From Chthoniobacteraceae bacterium (GTDB lineage Bacteria > Verrucomicrobiota > Verrucomicrobiia > Chthoniobacterales > Chthoniobacteraceae): a stretch of DNA of 64,000 nucleotides. The position numbers were made by a program, and so were the translations under genes. The stretch is taken from the NCBI GenBank assembly GCA_031409335.1, contig JANNWY010000196.1, positions 64,001-128,000 of the forward strand, in the 5' to 3' direction. Of the stretch, positions 10,028 through 19,134 are shown piece after piece. A model generated the notes under the pieces. That model was not told the origin of the DNA. It saw only the letters and a list, made by a program, of their open reading frames with translations, and searched no databases. How positions within the stretch are numbered: the stretch's first letter is position 1; each line of letters starts with the position of its first letter.

Positions 10028-11005
10028 ATGGCCCGCTACGAAACTTACCGCACGAACGCCGCCGAAGTACCGATCATGCGCAAGTGGATCTTCCGCGCGC
10101 TCGTGGTGTCGCTCACGATTCATGGTGGTCTGTTGTTTTTCTTTCAAACCAAGCAACTCGATAACTTTGGGATGCAAGCCACGGATATGCTCGTCCCTTC
10201 CCGCTTTGTGATGAAGAAAGTGACGATCGATCCGAAGACGCTGCAGGACCCGGAGGAAGTGAAAACCACGCTGAAGGACAAGCCAAAGGCCGTGCAGAAA
10301 ATCCTCGTGCCAGTCGAAAAAATTCAGCCGAGCGAAATCTCGGTCAAGCCGCAGAACCCCGAGATCGTTTCGCCGATCCTCAACGACAAGCCAATCATGA
10401 CGGCGGTGAACACCGACCTCATCGCCAGGATCGAGGCGACCAGCGCGGGGGCGCTGGACAAGGAACTCGGCTCGATCGCCAATTCGCTGCTCAAAGACAG
10501 TGTGAAAGCGCCGCGGCAGCCTGTGGTTTTCACGCTGCCGACCGGGGCGAAAGACGCGACTGGCGGCGTGGGCGAAAACGAGGGAATCCCCGGACTGCGC
10601 TCGCTCGACGATGCGCTCGGAGCGACCGGCCCGCTGGCGACCGGCGACCGGCTCGGCGTGCGCGGTGGTGCGCTTTTTGAATACGACAAGGCGGAGCTGT
10701 TGCAGCAGGCGATCGACGATTTGCAGAAGCTCGGCGAACTCATTCAGCGCAATCCGCGCGCGACTTTCACCATCGAAGGCCACACGGATTCCTTCGGCGA
10801 TCCGGCTTACAACGAGCTACTCAGCCAGCGCCGCGCGGACGCGGTGAAAGCGTGGCTCGTGACGAATATGACGATCGTGGCGGAGCGAATTCAGACGAAG
10901 GGATATGGCAGCACGAAGCTCATCGTTTCCCGCGATCACAACATCGAGGAGCAGGCTCCCAATCGGCGCGTCGAGATCGTCATCAAAACGAATCGCGAGA
11001 AGTAG
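10028..11005 (+). CDS. OmpA/MotB-like peptidoglycan-binding domain protein with N-terminal TM anchor
   Basis: LFEYDKAEL, IEGHTDSFG, YNELLSQRRA, NRRVEI; alternative start at 10007. Confidence 0.88.
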   Translation: MARYETYRTNAAEVPIMRKWIFRALVVSLTIHGGLLFFFQTKQLDNFGMQATDMLVPSRFVMKKVTIDPKTLQDPEEVKTTLKDKPKAVQKILVPVEKIQPSEISVKPQNPEIVSPILNDKPIMTAVNTDLIARIEATSAGALDKELGSIANSLLKDSVKAPRQPVVFTLPTGAKDATGGVGENEGIPGLRSLDDALGATGPLATGDRLGVRGGALFEYDKAELLQQAIDDLQKLGELIQRNPRATFTIEGHTDSFGDPAYNELLSQRRADAVKAWLVTNMTIVAERIQTKGYGSTKLIVSRDHNIEEQAPNRRVEIVIKTNREK

Positions 11006-12254
11006 GCGCTGCGCCGAGCACGAGCACCGCGTTGATCCCGCCGAAGCCAAACGCGTTGTTCATCGCGTGGCGCAGCGGCCGTTCGCGACCGTGGTTTGCG
11101 ACGATGTCGAGCGGGCACGCGGGGTCCGGCGCGCTGTGGTGCAGCGTCGGCGGGAGGTAGCCGCGGTCGAGCGCGAGCGCGCAGAGGATGGTTTCCATCG
11201 CGCCAGTCGCGCCGAGCGGGTGCGCGGTGAACGGTTTGGTGCCGCTGACGGCGAGACGATCGGCGTGTTCCCCGAAGACGGCGCGGATCGCGGCGCATTC
11301 GTTGGCGTCGTTGAGCTGCGTGCCGCTGGCGTGCGCGTTGATGTAGTCGATGTCCGTGGGCGCGAGGCAGGCGTCGGCGAGCGCGGCTTTCATGCAATCC
11401 ATCACCGCCTCGCCGCTCGGGAGCGGCGTCGTCATGTGATAAGCCTCGTTGTTCAGGCTGTAGCCGAGCACCTCCGCGTAGATGCGCGCGCCGCGGCGGA
11501 CGGCGTGTTCGTATTCCTCGACCACGAGCGACGCCGCGCCTTCGCCCATCACGAATCCATCGCGATTCAGATCGAACGGCTTGCAGGCAAACGGCGGGTC
11601 GCCGGCCCAGCGGCTCATCGTGCGGATGAAATCGAACGCGCCAAAAGTAAGCGGGCTGAGCGGCGCTTCGGAGCCGCCCGCGATCATCACGTCGGCCATG
11701 CCATCGCGGATGTAGCGCATCGCTTCGCCGACGGAAACGACGCCGCTCGCGCACGAATTCGAGTTCGTCGTCCCAGGACCGCGGAAGCCGTATTCGATCG
11801 CGATGTTCGAATGCGCGCTGCCGCCGAAGACTTGCAGCGCCAGCGTCTGGTTCACCCCGCGCTGCCCTTTTTTCAGGAAACGCTGGTGCTCCGATTCCGC
11901 GCCCGCGATGCCGCCGAGCGCGGTGCCGAAGCTGACGCCGACGCGCGCGTTCGGCTCCTCTTTCGACCACGGCAGCCCCGCGTCTTGGAGTGCGAGCAAC
12001 GCGCTGGCGACGCTGAATTGCGCGTAACGATCGAGCCGCTTCAAGCGATGCGGCGGAAAAAAAACGGTCGGGTCCCAATCGCGGATTTCGCCGCCGCAGT
12101 GCGCCTTCAGTTCGCTGGTATCGAAGCTCGTGATCCGCGAAATGCCGCTGCGCCCTGCGACGATGCTTTTCCAAAATGCCTCCACGCCGATGCCAGCGCA
12201 GGTGATCGGCCCGACGCCGGTGATGACGACCCGCCGCAAGTTTTCATTGCCCAT
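10983..12254 (-). CDS. Beta-ketoacyl-ACP synthase (FabF / type II PKS KS-like)
   Basis: RRVVITG, catalytic Cys (NSCASG), HASGT, HPLGA, GFVMGEG, AFGFGG. Confidence 0.9.
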   Translation of the reverse strand: MGNENLRRVVITGVGPITCAGIGVEAFWKSIVAGRSGISRITSFDTSELKAHCGGEIRDWDPTVFFPPHRLKRLDRYAQFSVASALLALQDAGLPWSKEEPNARVGVSFGTALGGIAGAESEHQRFLKKGQRGVNQTLALQVFGGSAHSNIAIEYGFRGPGTTNSNSCASGVVSVGEAMRYIRDGMADVMIAGGSEAPLSPLTFGAFDFIRTMSRWAGDPPFACKPFDLNRDGFVMGEGAASLVVEEYEHAVRRGARIYAEVLGYSLNNEAYHMTTPLPSGEAVMDCMKAALADACLAPTDIDYINAHASGTQLNDANECAAIRAVFGEHADRLAVSGTKPFTAHPLGATGAMETILCALALDRGYLPPTLHHSAPDPACPLDIVANHGRERPLRHAMNNAFGFGGINAVLVLGAAPTSRDSF

Positions 12255-12684
12255 TTTCAAAATGCTCCTTGAAGCGCGCGAGCGTGCGTCCCGCGATGTG
12301 GCCGACAAAGAACTCGCCAATGATGGGCTCGGCCAGCCACGCGAGCGCGCGGACGCGAAATTTCAAATCGTGGACGATCTCCACCCGCGTGCCATCGCGC
12401 GTTGGCGTCAGCGTCCAGATGACTTTCATGCCCTTCGTCCATTTCCTCAGATGCGCGAAATGCAGTTCCAGTTGCTGTTCATCAGTCCAGTATTCGGATG
12501 TCCACGAAATCGGGATGCCAGTGCGTGTCGCGGCCATCTCGACGATGCGATGCTCGCTGGCCTGTCCCGTGAATCGCACCCAGCGATAGTGCGGCAAAAG
12601 TTCCGGCCACTTCGCCAGATCGCGCACGGTCTCGAAGATTCTTTCGCGTGGCGCCTGGATGAAGATCGATTGGCCGGTGTGCAT
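12244..12684 (-). CDS. SRPBCC/START-family polyketide cyclase/dehydrase
   Basis: IxAPxExIFxxVxDLxKWPELLPH pattern, TRVEIVHD, C-terminal helix; overlaps KS start. Confidence 0.8.
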   Translation of the reverse strand: MHTGQSIFIQAPRERIFETVRDLAKWPELLPHYRWVRFTGQASEHRIVEMAATRTGIPISWTSEYWTDEQQLELHFAHLRKWTKGMKVIWTLTPTRDGTRVEIVHDLKFRVRALAWLAEPIIGEFFVGHIAGRTLARFKEHFENGQ

Positions 12685-12689
12685 TGGGG

Positions 12690-12715
12690 CGCGAATGTCG
12701 AAGCGGACATTCGCG
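12690..12715. promoter_or_regulatory. 10-bp perfect hairpin just upstream of the cyclase start
   Basis: CGCGAATGTC-GAAGCG-GACATTCGCG, 5 nt from the ATG at 12684; function unknown. Confidence 0.4.
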
Positions 12716-12750
12716 GTGTCGATTTACTTTTCGCGAAAGTGCGGCGCGCC

Positions 12751-13743
12751 TCAGCCAGGGCGCGTCGTGAGCTTCAGCCGGTAGTAGCGCGGCGCGGCGG
12801 TGAGCGGCACGGTCGCGGTGTGTTTTCCCGCGGCATCCACGATGGTGAGCGCGGCGGGCAGCCAGTTGACGAGATCGGTGCTGACTTCGATGAAACCCAT
12901 GTTTGCAGGGACGGCGGCAGGCCAGGAGAGTGTGAGTGTATTCCCGTTCCGGATCGCGGTGAGTTTGAAGACTTCGACGTAGATCGCTTCGACCCATTCC
13001 GGGCGATCGACGAACGGATTGCGATTTCGCTGATAGCCGAATGCACCCTCGGCGCGCGCGCGTTCGGCGGGGCTCACGGGATCGAGGAAATGCCAGATCA
13101 GCAGTGTGGAGAGGCAGCCCATGTTGGCGTTGCCGGTCGAAATCGTGGCGACGTTTTCCGTCAGCGTGAGGTTCGGTTCGCCGCCGCCTTCGTAGCGGAT
13201 GTCCATGTAAAACATGGAGCGCGCGAGGTCGCCCTTCACTTCATCCGGCGGCTCCCACGAATCGGAATCCTGGCTGCAAAGCGGTGAAGTCGAGCCACTC
13301 GGGATTTCGTAGCCCGCGGCTCCGACGGTGCTTTCGTCGTAGTAAAGATTGTCGCGATCGGAGTTCGAGATGGAGCCGCAGGCGCGGAGATTGAAGAGGT
13401 CGGAGTAGGCGGAAAGGGCGTCGTCGATGCCGAGGGAATTGGGCCAGCAATGTTCGCGGTTCCAGCCGCCATTGTTGCCGTTCACGAAGAAGCTCTTCGG
13501 CGATGATGCCCGTTCGTAGAGGAGGATCAGGTTCGCGGAATTCACCGGGTCTTGATCGATCACTTCGAGCGGCGTCCGCGTCGCGGTGTAGCCGATGACG
13601 GTGTGGCCTTTGATGATGCCGTGAAGCGCTGCCCGCAGCGCCGCTCCGGTGAGGCCGGATGCGGGATTGTAGTATCCCGGCGGCTCGGCAGCACCCGCCA
13701 GGCGGAGGCCGAGTCCGAGGAACAGACAAAGGATTTTCTTCAT
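12751..13743 (-). CDS. Secreted endonuclease I / Bsn-family nuclease with C-terminal verrucomicrobial-type domain
   Basis: Signal peptide; WNREHCWPNS, WEPPDEVKGDLARSMFYMDIRY, DPVS..ERAR, QRNRNPFVDRPE. Confidence 0.88.
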   Translation of the reverse strand: MKKILCLFLGLGLRLAGAAEPPGYYNPASGLTGAALRAALHGIIKGHTVIGYTATRTPLEVIDQDPVNSANLILLYERASSPKSFFVNGNNGGWNREHCWPNSLGIDDALSAYSDLFNLRACGSISNSDRDNLYYDESTVGAAGYEIPSGSTSPLCSQDSDSWEPPDEVKGDLARSMFYMDIRYEGGGEPNLTLTENVATISTGNANMGCLSTLLIWHFLDPVSPAERARAEGAFGYQRNRNPFVDRPEWVEAIYVEVFKLTAIRNGNTLTLSWPAAVPANMGFIEVSTDLVNWLPAALTIVDAAGKHTATVPLTAAPRYYRLKLTTRPG

Positions 13744-13785
13744 GAAAAAGGGGGGCTGACGGTGCGTCGCCAGTCCGCGCGCCCG

Positions 13786-15147
13786 TTACATGTGCGCGAT
13801 GATGTTGTCGCCGAACTCGGAGCACTTGATCTCCGTCGCGCCTTCCATCTGGCGGGCAAAATCGTACGTCACGCGCTTGCTGCCGATCGCGCCGTTCAAA
13901 CCTTTGAGGATCAGGTCCGCGGCCTCAATCCAGCCGACGTAACGCAGCATCATCTCGCCGCTGAGCACGACGCTGCCGGGGTTCACGACATCCTTCCCGG
14001 CATACTTCGGAGCGGTGCCGTGGGTGGCCTCGAAAATTGCGTGGCCGGTGACGTAGTTGATGTTGCCGCCGGGCGCGATGCCGATGCCGCCGACTTGCGC
14101 GGCGAGCGCGTCGGAGAGGTAGTCGCCGTTGAGATTCAGCGTCGCGATGACCTCGAAATCGGTCGGGCGCGTGAGCACTTGCTGGAGCACGATGTCGGCG
14201 ATCGCGTCCTTGATCAGCACGCGGCCCGCGGCGAGCGCCGCCTTCTGTTCCTCGTTCGCAGCGGCTTCGCCTTTGTCCATCTTGGTGCGCTCCCACTGCG
14301 CCCACGTATAGACTTTGTCGCCAAAAATCCGCTCCGCCGCCGAGTAGCTCCAGTCGCGGAACGCGCCTTCGGTGAACTTCATGATGTTGCCCTTGTGGAC
14401 GATCGTCACCGACTTCTTCCCCTGGTCGATCGCGTACTGTACGGCAGCTTTGAAAAGGCGGATCGTGCCGACTTGGGACACGGGCTTGATACCGATGCCG
14501 ACGGTCGGCGGATAGTTTTCCATCGAGTGATCGGGCGATGCGAGCTTCATGTAATCCACGACGGCCTGGCTGGTGCCAAAGCGGATTTTCTTAAAGTCTT
14601 TCGGGAATTCACTCTCGATGAATGCCAGCATCTTCGCGGCTTCCGGCGTGCCCCCGGCGTATTCGATGCCGGCGTAAATGTCCTCGGTGTTCTCGCGAAA
14701 AATCACCATGTCCACCAGCTCGGGACGCTTCACCGGACTTGGGACGCCGGTAAAATATTGCACCGGTCGCAGGCAGACGTAGAGATCGAGCATCTGCCGC
14801 AGCGCGACATTCAGCGAGCGGATGCCGCCACCGACGGGCGTGGTGAGCGGGCCTTTGATGCCGACGAGAAATTCACGGAACGCCTCGACCGTGTCGTCCG
14901 GCAGCCAGTTGTCGAATTTGTTCTTCGACGCCTCACCGGCGAACACTTCCATCCACGCGATCTGCTTCGCGCCGCCGTACGCCTTTTCCACCGCCGCATC
15001 GAGCACGCGCACGCTCGCAGCCCAGATGTCCGGCCCGGTGCCATCGCCGCGGATGAAGGGAACGATCGGGTGATTCGGAACGGATAGCTTGCCGCCAGTG
15101 ATGGTGATTTTTTCGCCAGCCGGGACGGCGCAGGTTTTGTAGGTCAT
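13786..15147 (-). CDS. icd: NADP-dependent isocitrate dehydrogenase
   Basis: [63 protein letters not shown]. Confidence 0.97.
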   Translation of the reverse strand: MTYKTCAVPAGEKITITGGKLSVPNHPIVPFIRGDGTGPDIWAASVRVLDAAVEKAYGGAKQIAWMEVFAGEASKNKFDNWLPDDTVEAFREFLVGIKGPLTTPVGGGIRSLNVALRQMLDLYVCLRPVQYFTGVPSPVKRPELVDMVIFRENTEDIYAGIEYAGGTPEAAKMLAFIESEFPKDFKKIRFGTSQAVVDYMKLASPDHSMENYPPTVGIGIKPVSQVGTIRLFKAAVQYAIDQGKKSVTIVHKGNIMKFTEGAFRDWSYSAAERIFGDKVYTWAQWERTKMDKGEAAANEEQKAALAAGRVLIKDAIADIVLQQVLTRPTDFEVIATLNLNGDYLSDALAAQVGGIGIAPGGNINYVTGHAIFEATHGTAPKYAGKDVVNPGSVVLSGEMMLRYVGWIEAADLILKGLNGAIGSKRVTYDFARQMEGATEIKCSEFGDNIIAHM

Positions 15148-15308
15148 AGGTGTTTCTCGGAAAAAGACGGGGCAGTAGAGCAGAGTCCCCGCATCTGGTC
15201 TAGCGATGCATCGCGTTGCACGATTGTTATTCGGCGGACAACTCCTACATTCGCACAGCGACCGCGCGGACCGAGTGAGCGCGGCGCTCAAATCAAACGA
15301 CCCAATTC

Positions 15309-15674
15309 ATGAATGACCAATCCAACGAGCGGACTTTGACCTCGATTCCGTTCGACATTTCCAGTGAGCCGGTGCCATCCGATCCCGGCGCGAATCCGTT
15401 CCGGCTCGTCGTCGATCCGGTGATGCGCCAGCGGCTGCGGCGGGCGCTGTTCGACATGATCGAAAGCCACGATGAAGAACTCGCGCGCTACGTGAGCGAC
15501 GGCTCGCTCGCGCTCGAAAGTTACAAGGAATACATCGAACTCTTCGCCCACAGCCTGAAGCAGACGATGGCCGACCGCGAAGGCGTCGCGTTCCTCATGG
15601 ATGCCTGTGGATTCAAGGTGGCGAAGGAAGACATCAACATCGCACCGGAGACGCGCTGGAAGGTGCAACGGTGA
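15309..15674 (+). CDS. Hypothetical protein
   Basis: Codon usage like neighbours; stop overlaps sufT start (GTGATGA). Confidence 0.7.
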   Translation: MNDQSNERTLTSIPFDISSEPVPSDPGANPFRLVVDPVMRQRLRRALFDMIESHDEELARYVSDGSLALESYKEYIELFAHSLKQTMADREGVAFLMDACGFKVAKEDINIAPETRWKVQR

Positions 15675-16213
15675 TGAGCGACGAAGGATTCATCCCGCTG
15701 TGCCGCGAAGTCGAGGCCGTCGAAATACCCAGCGGCAACAAAACCACGCTGCCCGCGGAAACGGCAGTCATCATCACCCAGGCGCTCGGCGGCAGCTTCA
15801 CCGTCCGCGTCGGCGACCGGGCCGGCCTTTTCCGCATCGCGGGAAAAGACGGCGACGCGCTCGGCCAGGCCGTGCTGGAAACTGGCACTGCCGCCGACGG
15901 ACCATTCGATATCGAGAAGGTGTGGGAGCAACTCCGCAACTGCTACGATCCGGAAATCCCCGTGAACATCGTGGACCTCGGTCTCATCTACAGCCTCGAC
16001 GTTTCCGATGAGGAAAAAGGCAAACGCGTGAGCGTGAAAATGACGCTCACCGCGCCCGGCTGCGGCATGGGCCCGTCGCTCGCGGCGGATGCCGAGCAGC
16101 GAATGCTGACGGTCGCGGGAGTCGCCCGCGCAAATGTGGAACTCGTGTGGGATCCGCCGTGGTCGCCCGAGCGGATTTCGCCCGCCGGTCGCGAGCGGCT
16201 CGGCATGGAATGA
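15674..16213 (+). CDS. sufT: Fe-S cluster assembly protein SufT (DUF59/PaaD-like)
   Basis: ITQALGGSFTV, CYDPEIPVNIVDLGL, MTLTAPGCGMG, VWDPPW. Confidence 0.9.
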   Translation: MSDEGFIPLCREVEAVEIPSGNKTTLPAETAVIITQALGGSFTVRVGDRAGLFRIAGKDGDALGQAVLETGTAADGPFDIEKVWEQLRNCYDPEIPVNIVDLGLIYSLDVSDEEKGKRVSVKMTLTAPGCGMGPSLAADAEQRMLTVAGVARANVELVWDPPWSPERISPAGRERLGME

Positions 16214-17163
16214 TTCGCGTCGTTCGCACCGCATTCGTCCTCGGTGCCGGCCTCGGCACGCGGCTGCGTCCGCTCACGGCCCGCCGCCCGAAGCCGCTCA
16301 TCCCGGTCGTCAATCGCCCGCTCATCAAGCACACCTTCGACCGGTTGCTCGCGGAGAGCATCGAGACGCTCGTGGTGAATACGCACTGGGCCGCGAACGC
16401 TTACGCCACGGCCTTTCCCGACGGATCGTATCGCGGCGTGCCGCTCGCTTTTCGCGAGGAAAAACCCGAAGTGCTCGAGACAGCGGGCGGCATCAAGAAC
16501 GTCGCGGACTTGCTCGGCGACGAGCCGTTCATCGTACACAATGGCGACATCCTCACCGACCTCCCGCTGCGCCGCGCGCTCGGCTACCACGTCGCCAGCG
16601 GGAATGAAGTGACGTTCGTCCTGCGCAGCGGCGACGGCCCGCTCGAAATCGCGTTCGATGCATCCGCGGGCCGCATCACTGACATCGGCCGCCGGGTCGA
16701 TCCCGCGCGCGAGCCGCGTTTCCTTTTCACCGGCATCTATATCGTGCAGCCGGGATTCCTGCGGCGCATCCCGCCGGCCACAAAGCTCAGCGTCATCCCG
16801 ATCTTCTGCGACATGATCCGCACCGGCGCAAAGCTCGGCGGGATCCTCATCGACGAAGGCCACTGGTGGGACCTCGGCACGCGCGAGCAGTATCTCGCGG
16901 TGCATCAATGGATCGCGGAAAGCGGATCGGTGGATGCCGCGGATTGGATCGATGCCACCGCGAAGATTTCCCCGACCGCGGTGATCGCAGGCGCGACCGC
17001 GATCGGTGCGAAAGCGCGCATCGGCGACGGCGCGCAGTTGCGCGATTGCATCGTCTGGGAAAACGCCGAAGTCGCGCCGGGCGCGGTGCTGGAGCGCTGC
17101 ATCGTCACCGACGGCGCGCGCGCGGAAGGCACGCACACCGATCGCGATTTCGCGGCGGACTGA
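16210..17163 (+). CDS. Sugar-phosphate nucleotidyltransferase (MurU-like) with C-terminal hexapeptide repeats
   Basis: LGAGLGTRLRPLT..PKPL, LETAGG, NGDIL, WWDLGT. Confidence 0.85.
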   Translation: MIRVVRTAFVLGAGLGTRLRPLTARRPKPLIPVVNRPLIKHTFDRLLAESIETLVVNTHWAANAYATAFPDGSYRGVPLAFREEKPEVLETAGGIKNVADLLGDEPFIVHNGDILTDLPLRRALGYHVASGNEVTFVLRSGDGPLEIAFDASAGRITDIGRRVDPAREPRFLFTGIYIVQPGFLRRIPPATKLSVIPIFCDMIRTGAKLGGILIDEGHWWDLGTREQYLAVHQWIAESGSVDAADWIDATAKISPTAVIAGATAIGAKARIGDGAQLRDCIVWENAEVAPGAVLERCIVTDGARAEGTHTDRDFAAD

Positions 17164-17165
17164 GT

Positions 17166-17969
17166 TTACGCGGAGCGGCGGCGCCGCGAAAACATCGCCA
17201 GACTTGAGACCACGAGCAGCATCACGCTGCCCGGTTCTGGAACCGCGACATTTGCATTTCCGGGTGAGATCGTCTCGGTGCCGGTCGTAACGAAGGTCGC
17301 TTGGCCCGGAGTCGGGTCCGCAGTGTAAGGACCGCCGGGGTTTGTGCCCACGACATCGGTGGCCTGCCACTGGTTCGTCGTTCCATCTCGAAAGAGCACG
17401 TCGGAGGTGAAGGTGAAGGTCGGCGAAGGCCCGCCAATATTCAGGAAGCCGAGTTCATCGGCATAGCCGACATTGGCGCCTCCATCATTTTCAAGAAGAC
17501 CAATTCCGTCGATGACGCTCGCCCATGGGAATGCGTCGAGCGTTCCATCGTTGTTCGTATCGAGATCCTGAGCCAGCGCACCCGTAAATCCCGAGACAAG
17601 CAGGTAAGTCTGGGAGCCATTTTCAATGTCGGGTATGAAGTCGGCGACGTTGACGACGGTCGCCGGGTTTGGTGCGGGGTTGATCACCGCAGCGCTGTCG
17701 CGCCAGAGGAAAAGCCCGTTCGTGCCCGTGCTGAATGCGCCAAGGTTTAACACGAAATCAATCGGCCCGGGAGTGGCACCGTCCCCTTCGATGCCGATCA
17801 AAGTGAGTCCGGTCAAACTTTCCGCTCCGCCTGTCGTGCTGTAGATTTCGATGAATTCCTGCCCATTGTCGGGGCCTGGCGGATTGATGAAGATTTCGTT
17901 CAGTTGAATCGCGGCGTGGCTCGTGGTGGCGGCGGCAATGGATGCGAGTGAGAAGATGATGTTTTTCAT
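17166..17969 (-). CDS. PEP-CTERM surface protein with lamin-tail-like domain
   Basis: Signal peptide; LNEIFINPPGPD..EFIEI, SPG; C-terminal VPEPGS-TM-RRRR. Confidence 0.88.
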   Translation of the reverse strand: MKNIIFSLASIAAATTSHAAIQLNEIFINPPGPDNGQEFIEIYSTTGGAESLTGLTLIGIEGDGATPGPIDFVLNLGAFSTGTNGLFLWRDSAAVINPAPNPATVVNVADFIPDIENGSQTYLLVSGFTGALAQDLDTNNDGTLDAFPWASVIDGIGLLENDGGANVGYADELGFLNIGGPSPTFTFTSDVLFRDGTTNQWQATDVVGTNPGGPYTADPTPGQATFVTTGTETISPGNANVAVPEPGSVMLLVVSSLAMFSRRRRSA

Positions 17970-18142
17970 GTGATGGGTTGATGGTGAGTCTGGGAGCGGG
18001 CGTGAATTCAATTGAGCCGTGTGGCGTTTTCTGGACGCTGTTGAAAAGACCGCGCGCCAATCGTGTGACGGTTGGATGACAGCCAATTCCACCGCGACTC
18101 CGCGCTGGTCAGCGGATGTGAAAGGCGGAACACTTGGCGCTG

Positions 18143-19090
18143 ATGCACGCCGATCCGTTCCACAAAACTGTCTCCGTCGAGCCCATCGAGAAGGGCGGCT
18201 CGGGTCGCAAATTCTGGCGGCTGCACGCCGGCGGGCCTTCGCTCATCCTCGTGCGCTACGGCCCCGATCGGCCTGAAAACAAACACTACGTCGCGATCGG
18301 CCGCTTCCTCGCCGGAGTGGGCGTGCGCGTGCCGGCGGTTCATTTTCACGATGAAGCCGAGGGACTCATCCTGATGGAAGACGCGGGCGAGACGGACCTG
18401 TGGAGCTTTCGCGCCGCGCCGTGGCGCGAGAGGCGCGCGCTGTATCAGCGCGCGCTGGATCAGGCGCTCATCCTGCACACGCAGGCGCACGCCGATCCCG
18501 CCGCGGGCACTTTGCAAATCCTCCAGCCGGTCTTCGATTCCGCGCTGTATCGCTGGGAACAGGAATACTTTTTCGAGCACTGCCTCGGCCGCCATTTTGG
18601 AATCACGGAACACCCAAACCTCGCGCGCCTTCGCGAAATCGCCGATCAACTCGCCGCCGAGCCGCGCTGTCTCGTGCACCGCGATTTTCAAAGCCAGAAC
18701 GTGCTCGTGCGCGACGGCGAAGTCTGCCTGATCGACTTTCAGGGCCTGCGCCCTGGCCTCGCCGCGTACGATCTCGCGTCGCTGCTGCTCGATCCGTATG
18801 TCGATCTCACCGCCGAGGAACGCGAGGAGCTGCTCGCGCATTATCTGAGCGGATTGCACGGCCCCGGACGGCAGGACAATCCGCACTTCCGCGCGATCTA
18901 CGACTGCTGCGCGATGCAGCGGCTCATGCAGGCGCTCGGCGCGTATGGAAAGCTCGGGCACCTCGATGAACGCACGCATTTCCTCGAACACATCCCGGTG
19001 GCGCTTGCCCGTCTGCACGGCGTGGTCGCGCGGATCGACGGGCTCGATGAACTCGCGGCAATGCTCGCCTCGCTGCCGGCTAAAAAATAG
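18143..19090 (+). CDS. APH-family phosphotransferase (AmgK-like anomeric sugar kinase)
   Basis: GGSGRKFWR, MEDAG, HRDFQSQNV, IDFQ, YDLASLLLDPY, QRLMQALGAYG. Confidence 0.85.
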   Translation: MHADPFHKTVSVEPIEKGGSGRKFWRLHAGGPSLILVRYGPDRPENKHYVAIGRFLAGVGVRVPAVHFHDEAEGLILMEDAGETDLWSFRAAPWRERRALYQRALDQALILHTQAHADPAAGTLQILQPVFDSALYRWEQEYFFEHCLGRHFGITEHPNLARLREIADQLAAEPRCLVHRDFQSQNVLVRDGEVCLIDFQGLRPGLAAYDLASLLLDPYVDLTAEEREELLAHYLSGLHGPGRQDNPHFRAIYDCCAMQRLMQALGAYGKLGHLDERTHFLEHIPVALARLHGVVARIDGLDELAAMLASLPAKK

Positions 19091-19134
19091 CGCCTTTGCA
19101 GATGACGAGTCGTGGATTCCATTTGCCAGCCGCC

